A DNA stretch of 64,000 nt from an uncultured bacterium (GCA_965112635.1 OZ218778.1:992001-1056000), one strand, 5' to 3'. Counted from the first letter of the stretch, positions 26,921 to 39,058 are shown. Made by a program: numbers and translations. Notes: generated from the sequence alone by a model not told the origin.

Positions 26921-28249
26921 ATGATCGACGATATGCTCTTTGGAACGAAATTACCCCAAAAGGTCTGGAAGCCCGCCCTCAGAAGAGTTTTGACCGGCAC
27001 CTGGAAGCCTATGGTGATGCAAACCGGTGCAATTGAGCAACCTCAGGCCCTCAAAGAGCTCGGCCTTTACCTGCACGTCCCGTTCTGTAAAAAACCATGT
27101 CCTTTCTGTCCTTACAACCGCGTGCAATACGAAAAAAGCCTTTATAAAAAGTTTGAACAGGCGGTTCACCAAGAGATAGACCTGTACCGGACAAACCTCC
27201 AGAAAATTCCAGGGTATAGTGTTGGCCAGACCCGCATCAGTTCCCTTTATATAGGGGGCGGGACACCGACCTTAGAGCCCCAAAGCCTGGCAGGGATCAT
27301 CAGCCATCTCAAGGAGGTTTTTGGCCAGCCTGAGGACATCTGCGTGGAGCTCCATCCCGCGGCCATGGATGAGGCCTGCCTGGATGTGCTGCAAACAAAC
27401 GGGGTCAGCATGGTTTCCATCGGCGTGGAGAGTTTTTGCGACCGGCATCTGGAACTTATCGGCCGGTCCCACAACGGCCAGGAGGCCAGAGAAGCGCTCC
27501 GCCGCGCTGTGAAACGGCGGTTCAAGACGGTCAACGTGGACCTCATGTTCGCCCTGCCCTTACAAACCTTAGCGGACCTGGACCGCGACCTGGAAACAGC
27601 GCTGGAGTCCGGTGCCGACCAGATCTCCGCTTATCCCATATTCGGGTTTCCCTATAGCGATCTCGGAAAAAAACTGGGGATCAGGGAGATCAAGAGGCCC
27701 AAGGGCAGTTTGATCAGGAAAATGCTGAGCCGTATCCGTCAGCGCTCGCTGGAGCACGGTTTCAGCCAGTGCGCTGTCTGGTCTTTTATAAAGCCGGGTA
27801 AGAAAAAATTTAGCTCGGTCACCCGGCACCATTACCTCGGGTTTGGGCCGAGCGCGGCCTCTATGACAGGAAACCAGTTTTATATTAATACCTTTGATGT
27901 CGAAGAATACAGCCGGCGTTTGCCCGGGCATTTACCGGTGGCCCTGGTGGCGCCTATGGACCAGAAGCTGGAAATGGCCTACTGGTTCTACTGGAAAGCC
28001 TATGAAATGCGGTTCAGCGCCCTGGAATTCCAGGACTTATTCCACCAGGGACTGGATACGGTTTTTGGCCGTGTCCTGAGAGTCCTAAAAACACTTGGTC
28101 TTGTCGTTAAAAAGGGAGATGATTATATCGTGACCGATAGCGCGTCCTATTGGATCCACCGCCTGCAGAACGAATATGCGCTGAACTATATCGACCGGTT
28201 GTGGGGAACCTGCAAGGCAGTTCCGTGGCCAGAGCGGGTAGTATTGTGA
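26921..28249 (+). CDS. HemN/HemW-like radical SAM protein
   Basis: LYLHVPFCKKPCPFC, YIGGGTPT, NVDLMFALP and GFGPSA. Confidence 0.88.
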   Translation: MIDDMLFGTKLPQKVWKPALRRVLTGTWKPMVMQTGAIEQPQALKELGLYLHVPFCKKPCPFCPYNRVQYEKSLYKKFEQAVHQEIDLYRTNLQKIPGYSVGQTRISSLYIGGGTPTLEPQSLAGIISHLKEVFGQPEDICVELHPAAMDEACLDVLQTNGVSMVSIGVESFCDRHLELIGRSHNGQEAREALRRAVKRRFKTVNVDLMFALPLQTLADLDRDLETALESGADQISAYPIFGFPYSDLGKKLGIREIKRPKGSLIRKMLSRIRQRSLEHGFSQCAVWSFIKPGKKKFSSVTRHHYLGFGPSAASMTGNQFYINTFDVEEYSRRLPGHLPVALVAPMDQKLEMAYWFYWKAYEMRFSALEFQDLFHQGLDTVFGRVLRVLKTLGLVVKKGDDYIVTDSASYWIHRLQNEYALNYIDRLWGTCKAVPWPERVVL

Positions 28250-28295
28250 CCATTCATCGGCTAAAATTTTAAAAAAGAAAAAAGGGAGGCTGTAA

Positions 28296-29801
<1,506 letters not shown>

Positions 29802-29821
29802 GGAGTAAACAAGAGGAGGTT

Positions 29822-31867
29822 GTGATGAGCGTCAAACAAATCCTGACCAAGACCACTTTGGAGGATATGGAAAAAAGCCGGCAAAGAGTGGGACATTTCC
29901 TTAGCGCTCCGCAAAACATCCCAGTTGCTTTTACCTATGGCGGGAAAAAAATATCAGGCATACCTTTGGACTGGCATCCGATTACCCAAAGACGGCGTAT
30001 TGACGCCAACATGGTGGAAACAGTGTTCATGGGACAGGAACCCAAGACCGGCCTGGAGATGCGGGTGGAGTGTTTAGAATACGCGGACTATCCGGTGGTG
30101 GAGTGGACAGCCTGGCTGACCCAAAAAGGAAGCCAACCCACGCCCCTCATCGCCGACCTGCTGGGTTTGGACGCGGGGTTTCTTGGCCAAAAACCGGTGT
30201 TGTGGCATTGCAACGGGGATTATTGCCACGAGGACGGTTATGCCCCGAAGGAAACTCCGGTCGGCGACAAAGACAGTTTAAAATTCGCGCCGGTAGGCGG
30301 CAGGCCCTGCGACCAGGCTTTTCCCTATTTCCGTATCCTGTTCCAAGGGAGCGGGTTGACCCTGGCCATAGGCTGGCCCGGGCAATGGTCAGCCAGCTTC
30401 CAAGGAACCAAAGACGGGGTCTGGGTCAAGGCCGGACAGGAACAGATTAGCCTGAAATTAATGCCCGGAGAAACTATTCGCACGCCCCGTATCACACTGC
30501 TGTCCTGGACAGGAAGCCAAGAACGGTCGGTTAACCTTTGGCGCAGGTGGTATCTGGCGCATGTGCTGCCCAGACCTGACGGCCAGCCTTTACAGCCTTT
30601 GCTGGCGGCCACGGGCACAGACCCGGGCGAGGGCGGTGAATACACCGGAGCTACCGAGGAAAACCAGCTCCGCTACCAGGACCTGGTCCATAAAATAGGT
30701 TTGGATTTTGACATCTGGTGGATCGACGCGGGCTGGTATCCCTGCAAAAGTCCCCAGGGAAAAAGAGAGTGGCCGGTGACCGGTTCGTGGGAGCCTGACC
30801 CGGAGCGTTTTCCCAGGGGTTTAAAGCCTATTTCCGACCATGCCGCCCAGTATGGGGCGAAACTTCTGCTCTGGTTCGAGCCGGAAAGAGTGCGCTTTAA
30901 CACCCGGCTGGAGACCGAACATCCGGAGTTTTTACTGCGCTCGAACCGAAAGGACTGGGCGGGGTCTGAAAACAGCCTGCTCAACCTGGGCAACCCGGCC
31001 TGCCGGGCCTGGCTTACGGACCATATCTGCAGGTTAATAAAGGAAAACGGCATCAAGGTTTACCGCCAGGATTTTAATTTTGAGCCGCTGAGTTACTGGC
31101 AAGAGAACGAGCCGGCTGACCGGCAGGGCATCAATGAGAACCTGCATGTGCAGGGATATCTCCAGTTTTGGGACGATCTGCTGGCCAGGAACCCCGGCCT
31201 GTGGATAGACTCCTGCGCTTCCGGAGGACGGCGCAACGATTTGGAAACCATGCGCCGGTCCGTACCCCTGCATTATTCGGACTATGCCTATGGCATCAGC
31301 CGGGTCAAGACGGCTTTTCACCATACGCTCTTTGCCTGGATACCCTATTTCAAGGACGTGGCCCTGAACTGGAATTTGGAGAAGTTCAGCTGGGGCCCCG
31401 GTGAAGTGCTGGTCACTGAGCCCTTAGACAGCTTTGCCTACCATTGCGGGATGGCCGGAATGTTTTTCCCGAGTTTTGACGCCAACAAGACGGACAACGA
31501 TTACGCCCTGATGTTAAAGATGGTGAAGATCTGGCGCCGGGCCGTGAAACTGATGCTCTACGCCGACTACTATCCCCTGACGCCATTCAGCAAGAGCGGA
31601 GAAAAGTGGGTGGTCTGGCAGTTCGATTGTCCGGAAAAAGGAATGGGATTGATCCAGGGTATAAGGCTCAAGAACTGCCCGGAGGGAAAAATTACGGTCA
31701 AGCCCAGAGGCATCAGTCCGGAAACTGAATATGTTCTGGAAAACCAGGAGACCGGCCAGGTATTAAAAGTGCCGGGGAAAACGCTTGTGCAGGATGGGTT
31801 CACTTTTGAGCTCCCCCAGCGCAGCGGCGCTATCTGGTTCTACAGAGTTACTTACACGGGTAAATAA
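29822..31867 (+). CDS. Alpha-galactosidase-like (GH36)
   Basis: WWIDAGWY, LWFEPER, RQDFN and DSCASGGRRND. Confidence 0.88.
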   Translation: MMSVKQILTKTTLEDMEKSRQRVGHFLSAPQNIPVAFTYGGKKISGIPLDWHPITQRRRIDANMVETVFMGQEPKTGLEMRVECLEYADYPVVEWTAWLTQKGSQPTPLIADLLGLDAGFLGQKPVLWHCNGDYCHEDGYAPKETPVGDKDSLKFAPVGGRPCDQAFPYFRILFQGSGLTLAIGWPGQWSASFQGTKDGVWVKAGQEQISLKLMPGETIRTPRITLLSWTGSQERSVNLWRRWYLAHVLPRPDGQPLQPLLAATGTDPGEGGEYTGATEENQLRYQDLVHKIGLDFDIWWIDAGWYPCKSPQGKREWPVTGSWEPDPERFPRGLKPISDHAAQYGAKLLLWFEPERVRFNTRLETEHPEFLLRSNRKDWAGSENSLLNLGNPACRAWLTDHICRLIKENGIKVYRQDFNFEPLSYWQENEPADRQGINENLHVQGYLQFWDDLLARNPGLWIDSCASGGRRNDLETMRRSVPLHYSDYAYGISRVKTAFHHTLFAWIPYFKDVALNWNLEKFSWGPGEVLVTEPLDSFAYHCGMAGMFFPSFDANKTDNDYALMLKMVKIWRRAVKLMLYADYYPLTPFSKSGEKWVVWQFDCPEKGMGLIQGIRLKNCPEGKITVKPRGISPETEYVLENQETGQVLKVPGKTLVQDGFTFELPQRSGAIWFYRVTYTGK

Positions 31868-31872
31868 TAAAT

Positions 31873-31985
31873 CCTCCCCTTTGTAAGGGGAGGAAAAAGG
31901 TGGGGTAGAGCGCTAGGCCGTTCTACCTCCCCTTTGTCCCCTCCTCCCCATACGGGGACTATAAAGAGTTACAAAGGAGGGGAGA
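31873..31985. repeat. REP/MITE-like palindromic element
   Basis: CCTCCCCTT-TGT-AAGGGGAGG hairpin plus a degenerate inverted partner; related sequence at 33100..33218. Confidence 0.55.
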
Positions 31986-32029
31986 GTTTCATTGGTCGAA
32001 AATGAAGCAGACGATAAGGAGGACGAGGA

Positions 32030-33031
32030 ATGCAGTACAGGATCTTAGGCAAGACAGGATTAAAAGTCAGCGAAGTAGGGCTGGGGTGCTGGGCCTTTGG
32101 AGGGCCTTTTACCATCAACGGCATCCAGGCCGGGTTCGCCGGACAGGACGACAAGGAATCCATCCGGGTCATCCATACGGCGCAGGATAAAGGCATCAAC
32201 TTTTTGGACACGGCGGACGCCTACGGCCTGGGCCATAGCGAAGAGGTGATAGGACAGGCCCTGGCTCAGGACAGCAGGCGTAGCCGCTGGTTTATCGCGA
32301 CCAAGGCCGGGCATTTGCCCTATGACCAGAGCCGGTTCAAGAGCGCCTGGGAAAAGGAAAATCTGAGGTTTTGTCTGGAGAGCAGCCTAAAGCGGCTTAA
32401 GACCGACCATGTTGACCTGTACCAGTGGCACGACGCGCCAGGAACGGAGTGGCGAGAGACAGCTTACGAGAGTTTCCAGAAATTCAAAAAAGAGGGGAAG
32501 ATCCGCTGGTTCGGACTCTCCTTTTACGGCATCAAGGAAGCCCAGGGCCTGTTGCAGGCGGGCTGGGAGTGGGACACGGCACAGATCGAGTACAACATGC
32601 TGTGGACCTATGCCAAAGCTTCCGGTTCCCTGGCCCTGGCCAAGGAAAAGAACTGGGGCGTGATCGTCAAAAGCCCGTTGCACGGCAGCATCCTGACCGG
32701 AAAATACGGGGAGGGCGCGACTTTTCCCAAGGACGATCTCCGAGCCGACATCAAAGGCGTGGCCAAGCACTTTTCTGACCCGGCGCGGTACAAGCGCAAC
32801 CTGGAGTTTTTAAAGCAAATTGAGTTCCTCAAAAAACAGGGCAGGAGTTTAGGCCAGGCGGCTTTGCGGTATGTGCTGGATGAGCCGGTGGTGTCCACCA
32901 TCATTGTGGGCTCGCGGAAGGTGAACCAGCTCCTGGAAAATATCGGCGTGTCCGAGCTGGCCGGGCTGACCCCAGAGGAAATGGCCAGGCTCCGAGATGT
33001 CCAAAAGGCGTTCAATACGGATGCCGAATAA
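32030..33031 (+). CDS. Aldo/keto reductase
   Basis: LGKTGLKVSEVGLG, DTADAYG.GHSE and SLKRLKTDHVDLYQ.H. Confidence 0.92.
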   Translation: MQYRILGKTGLKVSEVGLGCWAFGGPFTINGIQAGFAGQDDKESIRVIHTAQDKGINFLDTADAYGLGHSEEVIGQALAQDSRRSRWFIATKAGHLPYDQSRFKSAWEKENLRFCLESSLKRLKTDHVDLYQWHDAPGTEWRETAYESFQKFKKEGKIRWFGLSFYGIKEAQGLLQAGWEWDTAQIEYNMLWTYAKASGSLALAKEKNWGVIVKSPLHGSILTGKYGEGATFPKDDLRADIKGVAKHFSDPARYKRNLEFLKQIEFLKKQGRSLGQAALRYVLDEPVVSTIIVGSRKVNQLLENIGVSELAGLTPEEMARLRDVQKAFNTDAE

Positions 33032-33099
33032 AAACCCTTTAAAATCAAGGAAATCTTAAAAAACTCTTGTTTTACAGAGAAAAACACCTATTTATTAAA

Positions 33100-33313
33100 T
33101 CCCTTTCCCCTTGAGGGGGGAAGGAAAGGATGGGGGTGAGGGTTCAGGCTGACTTTACCCCCACCCGCCCCTGGCGCCTCCCCCTCACGCCAAAGGAGCG
33201 CAGAACTAGGGGAGAGGAGATTGGATGTCCGACACAAGCACTCGGGCATGACACCCTAAGACCACGGCCCGCCTATTTTGGTGTCATTCCCGCATTTCCC
33301 CGGCGGGAATCCA
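33100..33313. repeat. Cluster of REP-like palindromes
   Basis: CCCTTTCCCC-TTGA-GGGGGGAAGG class plus GTCATTCCCGC...GCGGGAATCCA class and an inverted degenerate partner. Confidence 0.55.
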
Positions 33314-33424
33314 TAATTAGAGTCATAGCTTACCCTATGTAATTACTATATTTTCCAGCATGAAATGTGTCTACATATATATCCAAATATGTATAATTTG
33401 TTATACGCTTTTTGATGGGAAAAT

Positions 33425-33931
33425 ATGGCAAAAAATCACATTTTTGATGAGGTCCTGGGACAGGGTTCAAGGTTTTGTTTGCTCAGGGAGCGGATGATAT
33501 CCTGCCGGGGCCCGCTGTCCGGCCGGAAGGTCTCAGCCCTGGCCGGGCTGGGTCCGGCGACCGGCCACGAGGGTCTGGCCAAGCTGGTCCAACAGGGCCT
33601 AGTCAGCCAGACCTCTAAAGGAACCACCTTTCTTTTTACCTTAAATCGTGAGAATTCTCTTGCAAAATCATGCCTTTGTCCGCTTTTTGAGTACGAGCGC
33701 AACCAGGAAATAGGCCTAACACAAGGATTTTCTACTCCTGAGCCTGCCATGAGGCCTAACTACCCTCCGGTTACAGAACCAGTCCCAAATCCCGCCGAAG
33801 AGTCTAAAGCCCCCACCCCTGCTCCCCAGGCTCCTGAAACCAACAAACTCCCTGTCAATGGAACCCGAGTCATTGCCGATGTTCTCAAAAACGAACTTAA
33901 AAAGAGTATTGGAAAATTTTTGGGGTTTTAG
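33425..33931 (+). CDS. Winged-HTH protein with Pro-rich linker
   Basis: LSGRKVS.LAG......L.KL...GLV and F.LNREN pattern, like HTHs usually fused to nucleotidyltransferases. Confidence 0.6.
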   Translation: MAKNHIFDEVLGQGSRFCLLRERMISCRGPLSGRKVSALAGLGPATGHEGLAKLVQQGLVSQTSKGTTFLFTLNRENSLAKSCLCPLFEYERNQEIGLTQGFSTPEPAMRPNYPPVTEPVPNPAEESKAPTPAPQAPETNKLPVNGTRVIADVLKNELKKSIGKFLGF

Positions 33932-33995
33932 GGATTGTTATAGGGGTAAGATAGGCATGTGATAAATTATTAAAAAGATTAAAAGATGGTGGTCA

Positions 33996-34820
33996 ATGTT
34001 AAATGTAAAGATACTTCCTTATCCACTTTTAGGTGCGATTAAAGCTTCTGCTAAATGGACAGATAATGAAATATTTCCTTCAAATGAGGATTATAGCCGT
34101 GAAATTGAGAAATGGCTTGGTTTTATAACTTCAATTGGAGAATGGAAACGATATTTTTTAAGATTGACTAAACAAAATGAGGGAAAAAGGTCAGAGACCT
34201 TCGCTGAGATTTCAACAGCATATTTTCTTGATCGTTTGTGTGGGTTTAGAATTCACACGCCCGAACCTGAAGGCAAGGATAAGAAAAGAGGAGATTATCT
34301 AATAAGGATTGATCAGAAAGATATTTTTTGTGAGGTACAATGTCCCAGTTGGCAGTATGAATTCGTTAAAGAAGAAAAATTGAAACGACAAAAAGACACT
34401 CAATGTAAATTTAATGTTCAGAGATTGAAAGAACCCAAATATAAGGAGGGTTGTGAGGTCCAAGTACAAGCGTTTGGATCTCATATTAAGGACTCCATTA
34501 ATGGGGCATATGAAAAATTAAAGGGGGATAAACCATCTCTTTTAATATTATGTGATAATAGACAACATAGCCCTGTAGATTGGCGGGCAAAACACAATGG
34601 GTTTCCATATCCAATCCATGAAGCACTTTATCACGAATTATTAAAGCCACCCCTGGAAGATCCTCTTGGTAGGGGGTGCTTTACAACAAATCAATATCAT
34701 TTATTAAGTGGTGTCTTATTTATGCGTTTATTTGATATAAATTATAAAAGTGTTCTGGCTATTAATCCTTATGCTGTTCAGCAACTACCTGAGTCGTTTA
34801 AAAGTATTTTCTGTAAATGA
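33996..34820 (+). CDS. Low-GC hypothetical protein, possible PD-(D/E)xK-like fold
   Basis: FAE...EP...KRGDYL...IFCEVQCP pattern. Confidence 0.55.
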   Translation: MLNVKILPYPLLGAIKASAKWTDNEIFPSNEDYSREIEKWLGFITSIGEWKRYFLRLTKQNEGKRSETFAEISTAYFLDRLCGFRIHTPEPEGKDKKRGDYLIRIDQKDIFCEVQCPSWQYEFVKEEKLKRQKDTQCKFNVQRLKEPKYKEGCEVQVQAFGSHIKDSINGAYEKLKGDKPSLLILCDNRQHSPVDWRAKHNGFPYPIHEALYHELLKPPLEDPLGRGCFTTNQYHLLSGVLFMRLFDINYKSVLAINPYAVQQLPESFKSIFCK

Positions 34821-35749
34821 AAGGGGCGGAATTTATGAATTTCTTCTATTATCTTAAATTTTTGATAAAGCACCTTATATCTTATTATTTTTGGCCTGCG
34901 GTAGCTGGGGTAGCACTATATTTTTTGCTCCATCCTTTCAAAATAAGCTTTTGGCAAATTATGGTTACGCTATTATTGTTTTTAATTTGGGAGGAAAGGT
35001 CTATCGCAAGGAAATATAAAGGTAGTTATAAATTAGAAATATTGTTAATACCTAATTGGGATGAAATCTACCGTTACACCGCAGAAGATATTGGGATTGA
35101 ATTTGATAAAAATTATATAAAGAATTTTTGTGATATTTTTGAGGTAGTTCATTCTGCTGATGATGAAACAATAGGCGGAAAAGGGTTCAGTTTTGTAGTC
35201 TATAAAAATAAAGAAATGGAATTTATCTGGAGTGATAATAAAAAGGCACCTGTAAGTACCACAACAATATTTGGTGATATTTTTGAATTTAAAAAAGCTT
35301 TTCCTAGACTTGATTTTGAGTTTATGAATCTTCCAGAACCCAGCAAATATAAAGACTGTAAATTATTTACTCCCATGTACATTTCTCCATTTGAAATCAG
35401 GTTTAATACTTCTTTGGCTAAACTAGATGTTCAAATACCTTTTAATCAGGTTTTGGAGGTTGTTTTGTTAGCAGGTAGATACGGCGGCTGGCTCGGAGGA
35501 TCATATTGCGCCGTAAAAAAGTTTCCAAAAAAAATCCAAAAATTACTAAATGAAAACTCTGTTATTTATGATACTGAGGCATATGAAAAAGGGGGAGAGA
35601 ATTCACTTGTAAACAATAGTTCCTGGGCAAAAATGGTTGGTGTTGAATATTACAAATATAAAGTTGATTACCATGTTTTGAAACACAAATATTTAACAGT
35701 GAAATTTAGTGTAAGAATTCAAAATGAAATGTCGCAGCAGTTTATTTGA
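34817..35749 (+). CDS. Low-GC hypothetical membrane protein
   Basis: Two N-terminal TM segments and a soluble C-terminal domain. Confidence 0.6.
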   Translation: MKGAEFMNFFYYLKFLIKHLISYYFWPAVAGVALYFLLHPFKISFWQIMVTLLLFLIWEERSIARKYKGSYKLEILLIPNWDEIYRYTAEDIGIEFDKNYIKNFCDIFEVVHSADDETIGGKGFSFVVYKNKEMEFIWSDNKKAPVSTTTIFGDIFEFKKAFPRLDFEFMNLPEPSKYKDCKLFTPMYISPFEIRFNTSLAKLDVQIPFNQVLEVVLLAGRYGGWLGGSYCAVKKFPKKIQKLLNENSVIYDTEAYEKGGENSLVNNSSWAKMVGVEYYKYKVDYHVLKHKYLTVKFSVRIQNEMSQQFI

Positions 35750-35905
35750 TAGGTACTGCTTTTCCCCAATCCCCACAGCAACTGAGGGACATGCTGAGCT
35801 TGCTTTCAGGGTAGGCTCCTTTCCACAGTTTCTGGCACTGCGTTTAGTTCTCACAATCCTATAAAAAAATGAAATATTTTACCAGCAAAGTAGAGAGGAT
35901 AGAGA

Positions 35906-36460
35906 TTGATCAGGCTATGCCGGCCCGCAGAGGCCGAGGAGTGCTGTAGCATCATCAATGATGCGGCCGAGGCTTACCGGGGAGTCATTGCCCCGGATTG
36001 CTGGCAGGAGCCGTACATGCCCCTGGCTGAGTTTAAACAGGAGATAAAAGCAGGAGTGGTGTTTTGGGGCTTTGAACAGCACGGCCAGCTAAGGGGGATC
36101 ATGGGCATGCAGGAGGTCCAGGATGTGACCCTGTTCCGCCATGCCTATGTCAGGACAGCCTGGAGACATCAGGGCGTAGGGACCAGTATCCTGGGGCATC
36201 TTAAAAAACTGACCGATAGGCCGGCTTTGATAGGAACCTGGGCTGACGCGGTCTGGGCCATCCGGTTCTATGAAAAGAACGGGTTTAAGCTGGTGTCCTG
36301 GGAAGAAAAAGAAAGATTGTTGCGGAAATATTGGTCTATACCTGACCGGCAAATCGAAACTTCGGTAGTTCTAGCGGATGAAAAATGGTTGAACGACCTG
36401 AATACCCCTCAAGGGGGTACTAAAAAGAGTGGTCGTTCAACGGGCACTTTCCTTAGTTAA
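35906..36460 (+). CDS. GNAT-family N-acetyltransferase
   Basis: AYVR...HQGVGT and AIRFYEKNGF. Confidence 0.88.
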   Translation: MIRLCRPAEAEECCSIINDAAEAYRGVIAPDCWQEPYMPLAEFKQEIKAGVVFWGFEQHGQLRGIMGMQEVQDVTLFRHAYVRTAWRHQGVGTSILGHLKKLTDRPALIGTWADAVWAIRFYEKNGFKLVSWEEKERLLRKYWSIPDRQIETSVVLADEKWLNDLNTPQGGTKKSGRSTGTFLS

Positions 36461-36531
36461 TTATATATGTTGTGCCCCCGGAGGGAAAGTGACAATCCCC
36501 TAGCGGGAATCCATTAATTGGCAAGAATCTT

Positions 36532-37218
36532 TTAAGCTTTTCCCAGCCGGCGTTTGACTTCTTCCAGCATTTCCACGGTCCGAGTGGCCCCGCAGCGGGT
36601 GACCCCGATGTCCCTGATCTTAAGGAGCGTGTCCAAATCCCTGACCCCGCCGGCAGCTTTGACCTGGATATGAGGGGCGGTATGCTGGCGCATCAGGGTT
36701 AGGTCCTCCACCGTGGCGCCGCTGGTGCCGTAACCCGTGGAAGTTTTGACCCAATCCACATTGATGTCGCTGCAGATCTTGCAGAGCATGATCTTTTGGT
36801 CGTTGTTGAGATAGCAATTTTCAAAAATAATCTTGATCTTGGCCCCGCCGCTGTGGGTGATCTCGGTGACCTCACGGATATCCTTAGCCACATAGTCCCA
36901 GTTATTACTTAAAACCTGGCTGATATTGACCACCATATCCAGTTCTTTGCCGCCGTCAGCCAGAGCTTGTTTGGCCTCAGCTATTTTAATCGCGGTAGTA
37001 TGGACCCCATGGGGGAAACCGATAGTGGTGCTGGGATTGACCTTGCTTCCCTTGAGGAGTTCAGCGCAGCGTTTCAGATAAAAAGGCATGATGCAGACGC
37101 TGGCCGTGTCGTATTTGAGGGCGATTTGGCAGCCTTCCTCCAAATCATTTTGTTTCAGGGTCGGGTTTAGCAGGGAATGGTCGATCATTTTAGCGATATC
37201 GTTATAGGTATAGTTCAT
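36532..37218 (-). CDS. deoC: Deoxyribose-phosphate aldolase
   Basis: IDHSLL.P, IGFPHG, ELDMVVN, VKTSTG and VKAAGGVR. Confidence 0.95.
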   Translation of the reverse strand: MNYTYNDIAKMIDHSLLNPTLKQNDLEEGCQIALKYDTASVCIMPFYLKRCAELLKGSKVNPSTTIGFPHGVHTTAIKIAEAKQALADGGKELDMVVNISQVLSNNWDYVAKDIREVTEITHSGGAKIKIIFENCYLNNDQKIMLCKICSDINVDWVKTSTGYGTSGATVEDLTLMRQHTAPHIQVKAAGGVRDLDTLLKIRDIGVTRCGATRTVEMLEEVKRRLGKA

Positions 37219-37230
37219 AGAGCCTCCTTA

Positions 37231-38430
37231 TTAATCTCCGGATTTTAAAAAATCAATATCCAGGGGAACCATAACTTTTTTACCGCTGGATGACTTTAAC
37301 ATAATTTTTTTATCTCCCTCAAGAGGCTTGATTTGGCTGACCTTGTCAAAACCTTTGGGGATGCTGGCCACGCCGGAGATGTAATTCACAGCCAGTTTTT
37401 TATCCGGCTCCAGATGTTTGCAGGTCTCGATGCCATGGGCTGACCAGGGATTTTTGGCCACGGACCCGGCTAATCCGCCGTTCATGTAGGAGGTCACTTC
37501 TTCCATTCCCATCACATTGATATGCCGGCTGCTCCAGGGAGCATAATGCCGGCCGCCGTTGGATAGCCAGAAACAGGTCTGGCGGAGGATCTTGGGATCC
37601 TTGAGAGAGAACCACACGTAACCGTGTTCCGGGAAGGTGACCGCGGTCCAGGTAAAAGGTTGTTGCCAGTCAGAGGCCAGGAGGACCAGGTCCTCAAAAC
37701 CCCGGCGGGCCGGGTAGCGGGCGAGGTCGGCGTATCCGCCTCCCGCCGTAGGAACCCTAGTCAGCGAGGTAAAAAGCGCGTTGGGTTTTAGGAGCGAGTA
37801 GCCAAGTTTTTCGGGCAGTTCCAGAGGTTCGGCCAGGACCTGGCCCCTCCTAAAAGGGCTCACGGACACGCGGCCGCAGAAAGGCTCATCAGGGAATTTG
37901 AGCATGGCGTGGTGGCCGAAGCTCATAGGCCCGGACATACGGGAAATAATGTGCTGGTCGTAAACCGCGGTCTGACCGTCCACCAGATAGATGCGTTTGT
38001 CCACCCGGCCTGGACGGACCTTTGTTTTGAGACTGAAGTGAAAACAGGTTTTATGTTTTTCCCGTTGCACGGCTTCAAAGGTCCAGGGCCGGACCGCTGT
38101 TTCCCCGTGGTCAGGGTGCTTTTCTCCCCGGTAGAGTTTGGGGCCGCCTCCAAAAGGCATGCAAAAAAAGTCTCCCCGCAGGAGCTGCAGGACCACAGGG
38201 AGCCGGTCAACACCGGGTTCCTCGGCCCAGGGAGCGACAGAATAGGGAGAAATCTTTTTTCCATTGAGGTTGAAAGTGACGGGACCCAGATGACCGCCTT
38301 GCTTGGTGAGATAGGCTTCCACTTTATCGGAAGCAAGCATCCAGGAGGGCTGGCCGTATTTGACGCAGGTTTTTGCTTTCAATTTGTTTCCCCTTAGAGG
38401 ACCAAAATCAACTTTTCCAACATAATACAA
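37231..38430 (-). CDS. Conserved hypothetical protein, galactose-mutarotase-like fold
   Basis: GGHLGPV.F, LRGDFFC.PFG, HGE and GHHA; probable TTG start at 38382; translationally close to deoC. Confidence 0.6.
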   Translation of the reverse strand: MYYVGKVDFGPLRGNKLKAKTCVKYGQPSWMLASDKVEAYLTKQGGHLGPVTFNLNGKKISPYSVAPWAEEPGVDRLPVVLQLLRGDFFCMPFGGGPKLYRGEKHPDHGETAVRPWTFEAVQREKHKTCFHFSLKTKVRPGRVDKRIYLVDGQTAVYDQHIISRMSGPMSFGHHAMLKFPDEPFCGRVSVSPFRRGQVLAEPLELPEKLGYSLLKPNALFTSLTRVPTAGGGYADLARYPARRGFEDLVLLASDWQQPFTWTAVTFPEHGYVWFSLKDPKILRQTCFWLSNGGRHYAPWSSRHINVMGMEEVTSYMNGGLAGSVAKNPWSAHGIETCKHLEPDKKLAVNYISGVASIPKGFDKVSQIKPLEGDKKIMLKSSSGKKVMVPLDIDFLKSGD

Positions 38431-38527
38431 CTACAGGCGTGACTGTCAATCATCCTTAGATACACGTTTTTCTGGTGTTGACCGACCTGCCAGACCAGAG
38501 TAACTTAGTCCTTAGGAGGTATTTCTC

Positions 38528-38941
38528 ATGGATTTTGGGGTATCGCAGGCCAAACAAACGGCTTTGGCTGAACGGATGAACAAGCTCGGTCTGTTTGATG
38601 CCGATATAGAAGAGCATTTTATCCGGTCAGGCGGTGCCGGCGGCCAGAACGTGAACAAGACCTCGACCTGCGTGTATCTCAAACACCTGCCCACGGGTCT
38701 GGAGGTCAAATGCCAGCAAGAGCGTTCCCAGCCGCTCAACCGGTATCTGGCCAGGCGTCTTTTGACCGACAAGCTGGAGGCGAAGATACTGGGCAGACAG
38801 AGCGCGGCGCAGCAGCTCAGGGAAAAGATCAGACGGCAAAAACGCCGGCGCTCCCGCAGGGCCAAAAATAAAATGCTGGACGATAAGCATATCCATGCTG
38901 AGAAAAAGGCTTTTAGAAAACCAGTGAATCATTGGGAATAG
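38528..38941 (+). CDS. Short peptide-chain-release-factor-like ribosome rescue protein (GGQ)
   Basis: [26 protein letters not shown] and a basic C-terminal tail (ArfB/C12orf65-like). Confidence 0.88.
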   Translation: MDFGVSQAKQTALAERMNKLGLFDADIEEHFIRSGGAGGQNVNKTSTCVYLKHLPTGLEVKCQQERSQPLNRYLARRLLTDKLEAKILGRQSAAQQLREKIRRQKRRRSRRAKNKMLDDKHIHAEKKAFRKPVNHWE

Positions 38942-39058
38942 CATTTTACACTTCAGACGTCTGCGGGGCTCTTGATATTAGTCAGCCGTCCACTTATAAT
39001 TAAAGTAGTCCTTTTCTAGCGGCCTTCCAGCCACCCAATCGGATAACAAGGAGAAAAA

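Noticed and set aside
26782-27036. 84-aa ORF
   Set aside because: Overlaps tRNA-Pro; spurious translation.
33130-33342. 70-aa ORF
   Set aside because: Reads through REP-like palindromes.
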